A stretch of 64,000 nt of DNA from an uncultured Acidobacteriota bacterium (GTDB lineage Bacteria > Acidobacteriota > Thermoanaerobaculia > Multivoradales > DATKCC01), in NCBI GenBank assembly GCA_963739795.1, contig CAVUBL010000010.1, positions 178,799-242,798 on the forward strand, read 5' to 3'. The notes below the pieces were generated by a model that saw only the letters and a list, made by a program, of their open reading frames with translations, had not been told where the DNA came from and ran no database searches. The translations under genes were made by a program, and so were the position numbers. This document shows positions 1 to 13,126 of this stretch, in pieces. The stretch's first letter is position 1. The number at the start of each line of letters is the position of its first letter.

Positions 1-61
1 CATGGCGTAGAATCCTCATCGAACGTTTGCGGAGCCCTTTGCGTCGAGACCGAAACGGCCC

Positions 62-1588
62 ATGTCCGTCCACGAGCTCCAGCGGCTTCACGGCCGGTAC
101 GCCAACCTCTCGAATCAGTTCCGCTCGGCCTGGGCGTTCCACCAGTTCCTCGACAGCCTGCGCAAAGTCTTCGCGGTGGGGCCTGCGGCGGGCGAGGTGT
201 CGACGGAGTTTCAGGCGGTCTACGGTGAGCTGAAGTCGATCTCCGGACGTCTCAGCAACGCCGACGCCGGGGCGATCGACGATGAGCTCGACGCCGTCGA
301 GGAGCGGCTCCGGGCGCTGTCCGCGGCGCTGGTGCGGGAGGATAACAAAGTCTCGCCACCCCAGGTACGCCACTTCTTCCAGCGGGTCAAGAACCAGGAC
401 GAGAACATCCTCACCCAGCTCGTCAAGTTCTACGTCCACTCCCAGGACGACGCCGAATGGGGCGGGGACCGACTCGACAAGGTGGACTTCCTGCTCACCA
501 CCCTGGCCCAGGAGCGAGACGCCACGGGCCGCTACGGCCTGATCGAGCGCGGACGCCTGCGGGAGATCGTCACCGGCCTGTGGAACCTCCAGGGCGTCCC
601 CGAGGCGCCGGAGGAACTGGTCGAGGGCGCGAGCGCCGAGGTCAAAGACCTGCGCGAGGAGGTGGCCGCCTGCGCGAGCCTGGAGGAGCTCAACGAGCGG
701 CGCCTCGTGGCTCGGTTCCGCGACCTCAAGCACGGGCTGGGCCGCACTCTCTTCCACCCCAAGGTGCTCCTGGAGTCCCTCGAGACGAATCTGGTCTACA
801 AGAACCTGATCCGGCAGCTCTACGCCGTCGAAGAGCGCCGGATCACGGCCGAGTACCAGGGGATCTTCGACCTCGAGCGCGAGGCCCCCGTGGAGCCGGA
901 GCTGGCCGGGGAGCTGAAGCGTTTCCGCCACGACGTCGAGGTTTTCGAGCGCCGCCTCCAGGCCGACGAGCTCAAGCTCTCCGAGCTCGCCAGCATCCGC
1001 GCGCAGGTGCGCTCGCTCGCCATCCGCCTGGGCCGGTCGGTCTCCGAGCCCGAGCCTCCCCCGGAGGAGCGTGAGAGCGCCGAGGGCGCGGTAGGCGCCG
1101 CCCTTCTCGCCGAGGCCCTCGAGCGGCTGACGGCGGCTCTGGCCGAGACCGATCCCGACCTGCCCGCGGCCCGAGTGGCCATCACCTCGGAGGTGTACTC
1201 CCTCCGGCTCGAGCCCCGGGAGGTGGAGGCATACCGCTTCCTCGCGGGCGGGGCCGGGAGCTCCGGCAGCCGGGATCTGGAGGCGATCATCCTGGAGGCC
1301 GCGGCGCTACGGGTGACGCTCGATGATCGGGTGGAGGAGATCAAGGCCCTTCTCGACGACACGGCGACCACGGGAGAGGCGCCGGTGTTCTCCCGCACGC
1401 GGAGGACCCTGGCGCTCGCGTCCGGCCATCTCGCCCGGCTGGAGACGGCCGGGGAGCGCGCCACGGTGGAGGGCCGGATCGCCGACGCCCAGGAGCTGCT
1501 CCTGCTGCGCATGCGGCTGCTGCGCAATTACGCGGGGGCCTGGCTCCTGGCGGTGGCGCCGGTGGTCCGGGGCCGGCACAAAGTCTGA
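62..1588 (+). CDS. hypothetical protein (508 aa), no recognisable domain
   Basis: Long ORF with a clean ATG start, balanced amino-acid composition and high GC3 typical of real genes here. It lacks the Arg/Pro/Gly bias of spurious high-GC frames. No motif I recognise. Confidence 0.5.
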   Translation: MSVHELQRLHGRYANLSNQFRSAWAFHQFLDSLRKVFAVGPAAGEVSTEFQAVYGELKSISGRLSNADAGAIDDELDAVEERLRALSAALVREDNKVSPPQVRHFFQRVKNQDENILTQLVKFYVHSQDDAEWGGDRLDKVDFLLTTLAQERDATGRYGLIERGRLREIVTGLWNLQGVPEAPEELVEGASAEVKDLREEVAACASLEELNERRLVARFRDLKHGLGRTLFHPKVLLESLETNLVYKNLIRQLYAVEERRITAEYQGIFDLEREAPVEPELAGELKRFRHDVEVFERRLQADELKLSELASIRAQVRSLAIRLGRSVSEPEPPPEERESAEGAVGAALLAEALERLTAALAETDPDLPAARVAITSEVYSLRLEPREVEAYRFLAGGAGSSGSRDLEAIILEAAALRVTLDDRVEEIKALLDDTATTGEAPVFSRTRRTLALASGHLARLETAGERATVEGRIADAQELLLLRMRLLRNYAGAWLLAVAPVVRGRHKV

Positions 1589-1595
1589 CTGGCTC

Positions 1596-1660
1596 ACCCC
1601 CACATCCCCTCGATCCCCTTCCCACCCTCAAGGGGGGAAGGGGACGCCCCCTCCCGACTC
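1596..1660 (-). repeat. copy A of a ~60 bp GC-rich palindromic dispersed repeat (the ttcccccc arm pairs with gggaagggga)
   Basis: Its reverse complement aligns over about 55 nt with 43088..43150 and 63520..63585. The shared core is gggggcgtYYccttcccccc-N8-gggaaggggatYgaggggttg. It lies between the convergent stops of the 62..1588 and 1697..2578 genes. Coordinates approximate. Confidence 0.6.
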
Positions 1661-1696
1661 CGTTTCGGCCGGACGTGGCCTCACAGACCCTGCGCT

Positions 1697-2578
1697 CTAC
1701 TCCGGCCTGGTCGCCTCCGGGTGGGGCTTCTCGGGGGGCTGCGGGTCTTCCAGGAGCTGGGGGTCTTCGAGGATTGCGCGGAGGAGGCGGGTGAGGCGGG
1801 CGCGGGCGGCCGCGCCGGCGCGCAGGACGTCTTCGTGGTCCAGGGGGCCCTCGGAGGCGCCCGCCGCCGCGTTGCTCACCACCGAGAGAACCAGGCAGGC
1901 GAGGCCCATGTGGCGGGCGGCGACGACCTCGAGGACGGTGGACATGCCCACCAGGTCCGCCCCCAGGCCGGCGAGCATCCGGACCTCGGCGGGAGTCTCG
2001 TAGCTGGGACCGGCCACGCCCGCGTAGACCCCCTCGGAGAGCTCGATCCCGAGCTCGGCGGCCCGGGCCCGGGCGAGCCGGCGCAGGCGAGGGTCGTATG
2101 CCTCGCCCAGGTCCAGAAAGCGCGGACCCCAGTCGGGCGGCCAGAGGCCCCGGAGGGGGTTGAGCCCGGTGAGGTTCAGGTGGTCGCGGACCAGGGCCAG
2201 GCTCCCCGGGGAGATGGTGGGGGAGAGACCGCCGGCGGCATGGGTCATCACCAGCACCCGGGCGCCCAGGAGGGCGGCGAGGCGGACCGGAAAGACGACC
2301 TCGAAAGGATCGTAGCCCTGGTAGGCGTGGAGCCGGCCCCGGAAGTAGAGGACCCGCCGGCCCGGCAGCGTCTCGAACACCTCGACTCGGTGGGGATGGC
2401 CGGCGAGAGGGTGGACCGGGAAAGGGAGGATCTCGGCCAGGTCGACGGGTCCGTGGTCCGGAGCGCAGAGATCGACCGCCAGTCCCGAGCCCGAGACCAG
2501 GGCGACCTCGGGCCGCGGCCAGCCGCGCCGGTCCCAGGCCGCGACCGCCGCCTTCAGGCTCTCGATGCGACCGTCCAT
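1697..2578 (-). CDS. purine nucleoside phosphorylase, PNP/MTAP family 2
   Basis: The translation carries PNP-family II motifs (GSGLA..., [27 protein letters not shown]). I place the start at the internal Met of MDGRIESLK; the ORF-track start is TTG-shown-as-M further upstream. Confidence 0.8.
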   Translation of the reverse strand: MDGRIESLKAAVAAWDRRGWPRPEVALVSGSGLAVDLCAPDHGPVDLAEILPFPVHPLAGHPHRVEVFETLPGRRVLYFRGRLHAYQGYDPFEVVFPVRLAALLGARVLVMTHAAGGLSPTISPGSLALVRDHLNLTGLNPLRGLWPPDWGPRFLDLGEAYDPRLRRLARARAAELGIELSEGVYAGVAGPSYETPAEVRMLAGLGADLVGMSTVLEVVAARHMGLACLVLSVVSNAAAGASEGPLDHEDVLRAGAAARARLTRLLRAILEDPQLLEDPQPPEKPHPEATRPE

Positions 2579-2751
2579 GGACCTTGATTCTAGGTCGCTC
2601 CTCTTCGGCGTCCATGAAATGCATTCTGGGGAAGGCGCCAAGGTGGACCAAGGCGAGGACCCGGCGGACGCCTCTGCCCGGCGCTACGGCACGAATGCAT
2701 AATCGGGTACAGTCTCGGCCACGTGGCGCGCGGTGCGGCCGGGAGACTTTC

Positions 2752-4242
<1,491 letters not shown>

Positions 4243-4274
4243 GGCGGCGGAGCTCCGTCTCGGCCGGAAGGGGC

Positions 4275-5468
4275 TTGCGGTTGTTCCGCTCGCGCCTGCC
4301 GTTTCCCGTCCTCCTCGCTCTGCGCTACCTGCGGAGCACCCGCCGGGACGCCTTCACGACCTTTCTCTCGGTGGTGGCGGTGGGCGCCATCACGGTGGGG
4401 GTGGCGGCCTTGATCCTCTCGCTCTCGGCCCTCGCCGGGTTCCAGAGCCTGCTGCGCTCGGAGGTCCTGGCCCAGACCCCGGAGATTGAGGTCGCCCTGC
4501 CCGACGACCTGGCGCCGAAGGCCGAGGTCGCCGCGGAGCGGACCGCCCGCGGGGTGACGGGAGTGCGCTCGGTGGCGGCGGTGGTCCGGGGGCACGGTTG
4601 GCTGGTGCGGTCCGGGCGCGTGGTGCCCGCGGACCTCATGGGCTTCGAGGGCGCTACGCCCCCCGCCCTGCCCGGCATCGAGGGTTCGGGGCGGGGTCTC
4701 TACCTGTCCCGGACCCTGGCCTCGTCGTGGGCGCTGCGTCAGGGAGCCGTGGTCGAGGTCGTCTCGCCGCGACCCACCTTGACCCCCATGGGCCCCCAGC
4801 CGCGCCTGCGCAGCCTTCCTCTGGCCGGCACCTACTCGGGCGGACGGGTGATGGAGACGGAGCGCGCCGCCCTGCCCCTGGACGTGGCCGAGAGCCTTCT
4901 GGGAAGGGGCCGGAGGCACCTGCTGGTGGACGCAGGAGGGCTCGACGCGGCCCTGGCCCTCGCCCCGCGCCTCGCCGCCGTCCTGCCCGCGGGCTCTCGC
5001 GTCGACACCTGGAAGGACCTGAACCGGCCGCTCTTCTTCGCCCTCCGGCTCGAGCGGCTCTTCCTGTTCCTGGGCGTGTCGCTGATCGTGGTCGTGGCCT
5101 CCCTCGCTCTCCTGGCCGACCTGGCCCTGATCCTGGCCAACAAGCGCGAGGACATGGGGATGCTCCTGACCCTCGGGGCCACCCCCCGCACCCTGCGGCG
5201 GGCGTTCTTGCTCCTGGGCGGGCTCCTCGCCCTCCTCGGCTCCTTCGTCGGCTCGGTCCTGGGGGTGGGCGCCTCGCTCCTCTTCGACCGCTTTCGGCTG
5301 ATCCATCTGCCGGGCGACGTCTTCTTCGTCGACTACATCCCCTTCCAGGTGCGGCCGGCCAACCTGGTGATCATCCTGACGGTGACCCTGGGCCTGGCCT
5401 TCGCCGCCTCCTTCTACGGCGCCGGCAAGGCCGCCGCCCTGGAACCCATCGAGGCACTGCGGCGATGA
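4275..5468 (+). CDS. LolC/LolE-family lipoprotein-release ABC permease (FtsX-like)
   Basis: Four-TM FtsX/MacB-type permease with a periplasmic domain, followed directly by lolD. The TTG start at 4275 has a GGAAGG Shine-Dalgarno 4 nt upstream. The alternative start is the TTG at 4281. Confidence 0.75.
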   Translation: MRLFRSRLPFPVLLALRYLRSTRRDAFTTFLSVVAVGAITVGVAALILSLSALAGFQSLLRSEVLAQTPEIEVALPDDLAPKAEVAAERTARGVTGVRSVAAVVRGHGWLVRSGRVVPADLMGFEGATPPALPGIEGSGRGLYLSRTLASSWALRQGAVVEVVSPRPTLTPMGPQPRLRSLPLAGTYSGGRVMETERAALPLDVAESLLGRGRRHLLVDAGGLDAALALAPRLAAVLPAGSRVDTWKDLNRPLFFALRLERLFLFLGVSLIVVVASLALLADLALILANKREDMGMLLTLGATPRTLRRAFLLLGGLLALLGSFVGSVLGVGASLLFDRFRLIHLPGDVFFVDYIPFQVRPANLVIILTVTLGLAFAASFYGAGKAAALEPIEALRR

Positions 5469-5523
5469 AGATCCTCGGAGCCGGTCGGTCGCGAATGGGT
5501 GCGGGTCGGGGAGTCGGGGGGCG

Positions 5524-6222
<699 letters not shown>

Positions 6223-6303
6223 CAAGCGTCCGTCCGCCCGAGACCGCGGGAGGACGGAGAGTGGGAGCACCGCTCTTCGACCGAGCTGAGGCAGAGGCAG
6301 GCG

Positions 6304-8736
6304 ATGTTCGAGAAGTACAACGAGAAGGCGCGCCGGGCGCTGTTCTTCGCCCGGTATGAAGCGAGCAAGCTGGGCAGCCGGGTGATCGAGTCCGAGCACA
6401 TACTGCTCGGCATCCTGCGGGAGGGGGAGGAGACGGTCACCGAGATCTTCCGCAGGTTCCATCTCAAGCCGGAGGAGGTCCGCCGCGAGATCGAGGGCGA
6501 ACGAGTGTTCGTCGAACGCATCTCCTCGACCGCCGAGCTGCCGCTGTCGGAGGAGTCGAAGAAGATCCTCGCCTACGCCTCCCACGAGGCCGAGAGCATG
6601 CTCCACCAGACGGTCGGCTCGGAGCACCTGCTCATCGGCATCCTGCGGGTCGACGCCTGCCTGGCCATGCGCATCCTGGTGCAACACGGCCTGGACGTCT
6701 ACACCGTGCGCGAGGAGGTCCTCGCCATCGCCAAGGAGCGCGAGGCGTCGCAGCAGAAGAAGGAGCTGCCGTTCATCGCCGAGTACGGTCGCGATCTGAC
6801 GACCCTGGCCGGCGAGGGCGCCTTCGATCCCCTGATCGGCCGGGAGGAGGAGGTCGACCGGATCGTCCAGATCCTCTCTCGCCGCACCAAGAACAACCCG
6901 ATCCTCCTGGGCGAGCCGGGAGTGGGCAAGACCGCCATCGTCGAAGGCCTGGCCCAGCGCATCGTCGACGGCCGGGTGCCCATCTTCCTGGCCAACAAGC
7001 GGATCGTGGCGCTCGACCTGTCGCTCATCGTCGCCGGCACCAAGTACCGAGGCCAGTTCGAGGAGCGCCTCAAGGGCATCCTCAAGGAGCTCAAGGAGTG
7101 CCGGGAGCTGATCGTCTTCATCGACGAGATCCACTCCCTGATCGGCGCCGGCTCGGCGGAGGGGTCCCTCGACGCCGCCAACATCCTCAAGCCCGCCCTG
7201 TCCCGCGGGGAGATCTCCTGCGTCGGCGCCACGACCCTCAAGGAGTACCGCAAGTACATCGAGAAGGACCGCTCGCTGTTGCGCCGCTTCCAGGCGATCC
7301 AGATCGACCCGCCGAACGAGGAGGAGACCCTCTCCATCCTCCAGGGGGTCAAGGACCGCTACGAGGCCTTCCACAAGGTCCGCTACACAGGGGCGGCCCT
7401 GCGCACGGCGATCTACCAGTCGAGCCGCTACATCCCGGACCGCCACCTGCCGGACAAGGCCATCGACATCATGGACGAGGCCGGAGCCCGGGTGAAGCTG
7501 CGCCGGGTGCGCGACACCCAGAACGTGCGCCGCCTGGAGCAGGAGATCCGCGACGTGGTGCAGGAGATGAAGGCGGCGATCTCCGAGAAGGAGTTCGAGC
7601 GGGCGGTCTTCCTCCGGGAGCGGGAGATCGAGCTGCGCGAGGACCTCGAGCGCCTGAACAGCTCCGCCCAGGAGGAGGGGCCCCTGGAGGTCACGCGCCG
7701 CGATATCGAGGAGGTGATCTCCTCCTGGACCGGCATCCCGGTGGCCAGCCTCGAGACCGAGGAGGCCGAGCGCCTGCTACGCATGGAGGAGACCCTCAGG
7801 CGCCGCGTGGTCGGCCAGGACACGGCGATCAGCGCCATCAGCCGCGCCATCCGCCGTTCGCGGCTCGGGGTCTCGAACCCCCACCGTCCCATGGGCTCCT
7901 TCATTTTCCTGGGGCCGTCCGGGGTCGGCAAGACCGAGGTCGCCCGGCGCCTCTCGGAGTTCCTCTTCGGCAGCGTGCGTGCCCTGGTGCGCTTCGACAT
8001 GAGCGAGTACATGGAAAAGCACGCCGTCTCCAAGCTGATCGGCTCTCCACCGGGCTACGTGGGCCACGACGAGGGCGGGCAGCTCACCGAGCGCATCCGC
8101 CGCCAGCCCTACTCCGTGGTGCTCTTCGACGAGATCGAGAAGGCTCACCCCGAGGTCTCGAACCTGCTCCTCCAGATCCTCGAGGACGGCATCCTGACCG
8201 ACGCCTACGGCAACGAGGTGGACTTCAAGAACACCCTGGTCCTGATGACCTCGAACATCGGGAGCCGGCTGGTGGTGCGGGGCGGCAGGATGGGCTTCGG
8301 AGAGGCCGACGACGAGGCGGCCTTCCGCAAGCTCGAGGAGGAGATTCTCGCCGACCTGAAGCGCTCGTTCAGCCCCGAGTTCATCAACCGGCTGGACGAA
8401 GTGATCGTCTTCAACCCGCTCTCGCGGCTGCATCTGCGCGCCATCGTCGACATCTTGCTCGACGACGTCAACGCCACCCTGGCAGACCGGAACCTGACGG
8501 TGGTGATCTCCGACGCGGCGAAGGAGTGGCTCCTCGAGGAAGCGGGGATCGACCCGTCGACCGGAGCCCGCCCTCTGCGCAGGACGATCCAACGGCACAT
8601 TCAGGACGCCGTCTCCGAGATCCTGATCGAGCAGCACGGCGAGGAGATCACCGAAATCGACGTCGACGTCGACATCGCGGGCGACGGCCTGCGACTGGAG
8701 CCGCACGTCGCCGAGATGGCGGTGCCCGAGACCTGA
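6304..8736 (+). CDS. clpC: ATP-dependent Clp protease ATP-binding subunit ClpC-like (AAA+ double ring)
   Basis: Two Clp N-terminal repeats, a D1 domain ([15 protein letters not shown]), a linker and a D2 domain ([16 protein letters not shown]..., sensor motifs). At 810 aa it is too short for the ClpB middle domain. Confidence 0.8.
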   Translation: MFEKYNEKARRALFFARYEASKLGSRVIESEHILLGILREGEETVTEIFRRFHLKPEEVRREIEGERVFVERISSTAELPLSEESKKILAYASHEAESMLHQTVGSEHLLIGILRVDACLAMRILVQHGLDVYTVREEVLAIAKEREASQQKKELPFIAEYGRDLTTLAGEGAFDPLIGREEEVDRIVQILSRRTKNNPILLGEPGVGKTAIVEGLAQRIVDGRVPIFLANKRIVALDLSLIVAGTKYRGQFEERLKGILKELKECRELIVFIDEIHSLIGAGSAEGSLDAANILKPALSRGEISCVGATTLKEYRKYIEKDRSLLRRFQAIQIDPPNEEETLSILQGVKDRYEAFHKVRYTGAALRTAIYQSSRYIPDRHLPDKAIDIMDEAGARVKLRRVRDTQNVRRLEQEIRDVVQEMKAAISEKEFERAVFLREREIELREDLERLNSSAQEEGPLEVTRRDIEEVISSWTGIPVASLETEEAERLLRMEETLRRRVVGQDTAISAISRAIRRSRLGVSNPHRPMGSFIFLGPSGVGKTEVARRLSEFLFGSVRALVRFDMSEYMEKHAVSKLIGSPPGYVGHDEGGQLTERIRRQPYSVVLFDEIEKAHPEVSNLLLQILEDGILTDAYGNEVDFKNTLVLMTSNIGSRLVVRGGRMGFGEADDEAAFRKLEEEILADLKRSFSPEFINRLDEVIVFNPLSRLHLRAIVDILLDDVNATLADRNLTVVISDAAKEWLLEEAGIDPSTGARPLRRTIQRHIQDAVSEILIEQHGEEITEIDVDVDIAGDGLRLEPHVAEMAVPET

Positions 8737-8914
8737 GATACCCTGTCCATCGAAGGTTGACGGACTACCAGGAGATCTCCTCACGGCAGCGGGCCGCCGG
8801 GCGAGCATTTCACTTGCAGCGACCGATCTGTCAGAATCTGCCGCCGACCGGGCGGGAGGGACCCGTCCGGCTCCCGCCCACCGTCGAGAACAACCCAAGG
8901 GTGAATAGGACGCG

Positions 8915-11407
8915 ATGAGACGAACCAGTCCGAGCCCGGCCGAGGCGTGGCTCTCGCACTTGCTGATCGCCAGCCTGCTGGCGGTCTCCGTTGGCCCCGC
9001 CCTGCCGCCGCTCTCTGCTCAGGAGCCGGCGACCGAGCCTTCCACTCCGAGCAGCAAGCCCGCCGCACCGCGTCCTCCCGACGCAGGGGCGGAGGCCGCC
9101 TCGTTCGAAGGCAAGCCGGTAGTCGGCATCGAGTTCGTGGGCAACAAGACCCTCGCCCAGGACACGCTGGAGTACTACCTCGGCATCAAGCCGGGCCAGC
9201 CCTTCTCGCGCGCTCAGCTCGACAGCAACATCCAGCGCCTTTGGGACCGGGACCTGATCGACGACATCAGCGTCGAGGCCCTGCCCGCGACCGGCGCAAA
9301 CAACTCCCCCGGCGTCCGGCTGGTAGTGAGCCTCAAGGAGCGGCCGCGCATCTCGTCGGTGGAGTACAAGGGGCTCAAGCGGATCAGCGAGGCGGATCTG
9401 AAAGACAAGCTGTCGGGCGAACGGGTCGAGCTCACCGAGGGAGGCCCCCTCAACCTGGGCGAGCTCTACCGGGTCAAGGGCGTGATCGAAGAGATGTACG
9501 CCGAGAAGGGCTACCGGTTCGCCCAGGCCGAGTACCGCCTGGAGCCCTCGGGCGAGAACGAGCGCCGGGTCGTCTTCACCATCGACGAGGGCGACCGCGT
9601 GCGGATCGGCGACATCCAGTTCGAGGGCAACACGGTGTTCCGGGAGGCCCGGCTGCGCTGGGAGATGAAGAACACCAAGGAGTCGGGCCTGTTCACCCGC
9701 ATGTTCAAAAAGGACATCTACAACCCGGCCAAGCTCTCCGAGGACCTGGACAAGGTGCGCGACGTCTACCGCCAGGCGGGCTACAAGAACGTGGTCATCG
9801 GCGAGCCGCGCATTCAGGTCAAGGCCGAGAACCCCAACGCCGCGCCCGACAAGCAGAAGCGCCGCCTGGTGATCACCGTGCCCATCGAGGAGGGCAACCG
9901 GTGGAAGTTCGGCGACGTCAAGATCGAGGGCAACAAGATCTTCAAGGAGGCGCCGCTGCTGCGCGTCTTCAAGTTCCGCAAGGGCGACTGGCTGCGCTCG
10001 GACACGATCAAGGACGGCGTCGACGCGATCAAGGACATCTACCACAACACCGGCTACATCCAGGCCCAGGTCACGCCCGAGCTGGTGGAGAAGACCGACG
10101 AGGTGGCCGAGGTCGTCATCCACGTCAACGAGGGGGACCAGTACCGCGTCGGCCGCCTGGAGTTCGAGGGCAACCGGCGGACCAAGGACAAGGTGCTGCG
10201 GCGCGAGTTCCGGGCCCAGGAGGGCCGGGTCCTCTCCTTGGGTGCCCTCAAGAACAGCCTCTACAAGATCCGCCAGCTCGGCTACTTCGAGCTGGACAAG
10301 GAAGACCCGATCCAGTTCCAGTTCAACGATGACAACACCGTCGACCTGACCGTCAAAGGTCAGGAAGCCGACCGGACCGAGCTCCAGTTCGGCGCTGGCT
10401 ACAGCGAGGGCCTGGGCTTCTTCGGGCAGTTCTCGGTGCAGACCCACAACTTCCTCGGCCGGGGCGAGCAGCTCGGCGTCAGCGTGCAGAACGGCGCCCT
10501 GACCCAGTACTACGACGCCAACTACTTCGTCCCCTGGTTCCTGGACCGGCCCCAGTCGGTGGGGATTCAGGCCTTCGAGCGGCAGTACGACTTCAATCTG
10601 CTGGCGAACCAGCGGGAGATTCAGAAGTCCAAGGGCGGGTCGTTCAGCTACGGCCGATCCCTGGGGCTGTTCCAGTCCCTGACCATGTCCTACAGCTACT
10701 CGGACCAGTCCTACGAGCAACAGTTGACGGCCAACGGGGTCACGTCCACGTTCGTCAACAAGCTCAAGATCTCCTCGTTGCGGCCCGGGTACTCCTACAA
10801 CAGCATCGACAACCCCTTCGAGCCGCGGGTCGGCACCCGGCTCACCGCCTCCACCGAGTACGCGGGGACCTTCCTGGGAGGCTCGGAGGACTTCATCCGC
10901 CCGGTGGTCGGCTTCACGGCGTACCGTCCGGTCTCGGGGTATCCCCTCGAAACGGTGGTCGGGCTCAACCTCGAGGGCGGCCTGGTCAGGCCCTTCGGCG
11001 GCCAGCAGCTCCAGCGGTTCGTGCTGTTCCGCCTCGGCGGCGACACCTCGGTGCGCGGCTTCGAGCGCTACCGCCTCTACGCCCGCGACCCGAAGACGAA
11101 CAACTTCATCGTGGACCAGAACGGCTTCCCGATCGGCGGCGACCGCTACGTCCAGGGCAATCTCGAGTACCACCTGATCCTCAACGGTCCGTTCCGGCTC
11201 ATCGCATTCGTCGACGCGGGGCAGGTCTACGCTCCGGGGCAGGCCTTCGACCTCGGCCGTATGCGCTACACCGCGGGCGCCGAGCTGCGCATCACCCTGC
11301 CGGTCCTGGGCGGGGCACCACTCCGGTTCATCTGGGCCAAGAACCTGACGCCGCTGCCGGGCGACAGCTTCAACAGCTTCTCGTTCAGCATCGGAAGCAC
11401 CTTCTAG
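8915..11407 (+). CDS. bamA: outer membrane protein assembly factor BamA (Omp85/D15)
   Basis: Signal peptide, five POTRA-like repeats (GKPVVGIEFVGNKTLAQDTLEYYLGIKPGQPFS...), a C-terminal 16-strand barrel region and a terminal Phe beta-signal (SIGSTF). Confidence 0.9.
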   Translation: MRRTSPSPAEAWLSHLLIASLLAVSVGPALPPLSAQEPATEPSTPSSKPAAPRPPDAGAEAASFEGKPVVGIEFVGNKTLAQDTLEYYLGIKPGQPFSRAQLDSNIQRLWDRDLIDDISVEALPATGANNSPGVRLVVSLKERPRISSVEYKGLKRISEADLKDKLSGERVELTEGGPLNLGELYRVKGVIEEMYAEKGYRFAQAEYRLEPSGENERRVVFTIDEGDRVRIGDIQFEGNTVFREARLRWEMKNTKESGLFTRMFKKDIYNPAKLSEDLDKVRDVYRQAGYKNVVIGEPRIQVKAENPNAAPDKQKRRLVITVPIEEGNRWKFGDVKIEGNKIFKEAPLLRVFKFRKGDWLRSDTIKDGVDAIKDIYHNTGYIQAQVTPELVEKTDEVAEVVIHVNEGDQYRVGRLEFEGNRRTKDKVLRREFRAQEGRVLSLGALKNSLYKIRQLGYFELDKEDPIQFQFNDDNTVDLTVKGQEADRTELQFGAGYSEGLGFFGQFSVQTHNFLGRGEQLGVSVQNGALTQYYDANYFVPWFLDRPQSVGIQAFERQYDFNLLANQREIQKSKGGSFSYGRSLGLFQSLTMSYSYSDQSYEQQLTANGVTSTFVNKLKISSLRPGYSYNSIDNPFEPRVGTRLTASTEYAGTFLGGSEDFIRPVVGFTAYRPVSGYPLETVVGLNLEGGLVRPFGGQQLQRFVLFRLGGDTSVRGFERYRLYARDPKTNNFIVDQNGFPIGGDRYVQGNLEYHLILNGPFRLIAFVDAGQVYAPGQAFDLGRMRYTAGAELRITLPVLGGAPLRFIWAKNLTPLPGDSFNSFSFSIGSTF

Positions 11408-11431
11408 ACGAAGCAAAGGAGAGTCGAACCG

Positions 11432-12052
11432 ATGTCCCTCCACCCCCGGATTCGCAAAGCGTGCCGCCGCGCCCGCTGCGTGGCGGCCCTCCTGCTCCTG
11501 GGCGCCTTGACGCCCGCCGCGTCGCCGGCGCAGCAGGCCCCGGCGCCGGCCAAGCCGGCACCGGGCGCCAAGGCACAGAGCCCGGCGGCCTCGAGGCCCG
11601 CGAAGGTGGCCGTCATCGATGTGGAGCGCATCCTCCTCGAATCGAACCGGGGCAAGAAGGCCCTGGCCGAGATCGAAGCGCTGCGCAAGAAGAAGCAGCA
11701 GGAGGGGGATGCCAAGCAGAAGGAGATCACCGACCTGCAGCAGAAGATCAAGGACGGCCAGCTCTCGCTCTCGGAGGAGAAGCTCGCCGGTCTCAAGAAG
11801 CAGCTCGAGGACCAGCTCATCGCGCTGCAGAGGTTCCAGGACGACGCGAAGCGGGACCTCTCGAAGAAGCGCGACGAGGTCCTGGACCAGATCGAGAAGA
11901 GCGTGTTCCCGGTAATCAACAAGATCGGTGCGGAGGGTGGCTATACACTGATCTTCAACAAGTACCGGAGCGGCCTGGTGTACGCGGACGACGCCGTGGA
12001 CATCACCGAGCAGGTCATCGCACGGTACAACCAGACGACCTCCGGTCAGTAG
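11432..12052 (+). CDS. skp: periplasmic chaperone Skp/OmpH
   Basis: Signal peptide followed by a long coiled-coil OmpH-like region (VAVIDVERILLESNRGKKALAEIEALRKKKQQ...). AAGGAGAG Shine-Dalgarno 8 nt upstream. Canonical position between bamA and lpxD. Confidence 0.8.
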   Translation: MSLHPRIRKACRRARCVAALLLLGALTPAASPAQQAPAPAKPAPGAKAQSPAASRPAKVAVIDVERILLESNRGKKALAEIEALRKKKQQEGDAKQKEITDLQQKIKDGQLSLSEEKLAGLKKQLEDQLIALQRFQDDAKRDLSKKRDEVLDQIEKSVFPVINKIGAEGGYTLIFNKYRSGLVYADDAVDITEQVIARYNQTTSGQ

Positions 12053-12058
12053 CCGCCT

Positions 12059-13126
12059 GTGCCCGCACCGGGGTTCCGCCTCATCGATCTCGCCGAGCGC
12101 CTGGGGGGCCGGGTGGTGGGCGATCCAGAGCGCCGGGTGAGCGGCGTCGCCAGCCTCGATCAGGCGGAGCCCGAGGATCTGGCGTTCCTCACCGACTCCC
12201 GGCACCGGCGCGAGGCGCAGCGGAGTCGCGCCGGAGCCCTCCTCGTGGGCCCGGACAGCGAGGGGCTGAAGAGCCCGACGCGAAGCGTCCTGGTGGTGGA
12301 GGACCCGGAGCTCGCCCGCAACCGGGTGCTGGAGCTCTTCCACCCGGCGCCGAAGCTCGTTCCGGGGGTCCATGCGACGGCGGTGGTCGACCCGGAGGCA
12401 CTGGTCTCCGCCGAGGCGGAGGTGGGTCCCTTCGCGGTCATCGGCGCCGGCAGCGTCGTGGCCGCCGGCGCCCGGGTGGGCGCGCACGCGGTGGTGGGAC
12501 GGGAGTGCCAGGTGGGCGCCGGCTCGGTCCTCCACCCCCACGTCGTGCTCTACGATCGGACCCGGCTGGGACGGCGGGTGGTGGTCCATTCCGGCACGGT
12601 CCTCGGCGCCGACGGGTTCGGCTACACCAGCCGCTCCGACGGGCATCGGAAGGTGCCCCAGGTGGGGGCGCTGTGGGTGGAAGACGACGTGGAGATCGGA
12701 GCCGTGTCGGCCCTGGACCGGGCGACCCTGGGGGCCACCCGGGTCGGTGCCGGGACCAAGATCGACAACCTGGTCCAGGTGGGCCACAACGTGGAGATAG
12801 GGCGCGGCGCGATCCTGTGCGGCCAGTCCGGTGTCGCGGGCAGCGCCCGGCTGGGCGACGGGGTGGTGCTCGCCGGCCAGGCGGGCGTGGGCGGACACAT
12901 CGAGCTCGGTGATCGCGTGAAGGTCGGCGCCGCCTCCGCCGCGGTCAAGCCGGTGAGCGCCGGGACGGTGGTCAGCGCCACCGTACCCGCAATGGAGATC
13001 GGCCGGTGGCGGCGCCTGGTGGCGCTGATCGGCCGTCTGGACGAGATCTATCGCCGCCTCCGGGCCCTGGAGGACCGGGTCGAAGAGCGCGCGGGGGCGG
13101 CCAGGGAGGAGACGGGAATTGACTGA
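12059..13126 (+). CDS. lpxD: UDP-3-O-(3-hydroxyacyl)glucosamine N-acyltransferase
   Basis: LpxD N-terminal domain plus left-handed beta-helix hexapeptide repeats. GTG start. Synteny skp-lpxD-fabZ-lpxA. Confidence 0.9.
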   Translation: MPAPGFRLIDLAERLGGRVVGDPERRVSGVASLDQAEPEDLAFLTDSRHRREAQRSRAGALLVGPDSEGLKSPTRSVLVVEDPELARNRVLELFHPAPKLVPGVHATAVVDPEALVSAEAEVGPFAVIGAGSVVAAGARVGAHAVVGRECQVGAGSVLHPHVVLYDRTRLGRRVVVHSGTVLGADGFGYTSRSDGHRKVPQVGALWVEDDVEIGAVSALDRATLGATRVGAGTKIDNLVQVGHNVEIGRGAILCGQSGVAGSARLGDGVVLAGQAGVGGHIELGDRVKVGAASAAVKPVSAGTVVSATVPAMEIGRWRRLVALIGRLDEIYRRLRALEDRVEERAGAAREETGID

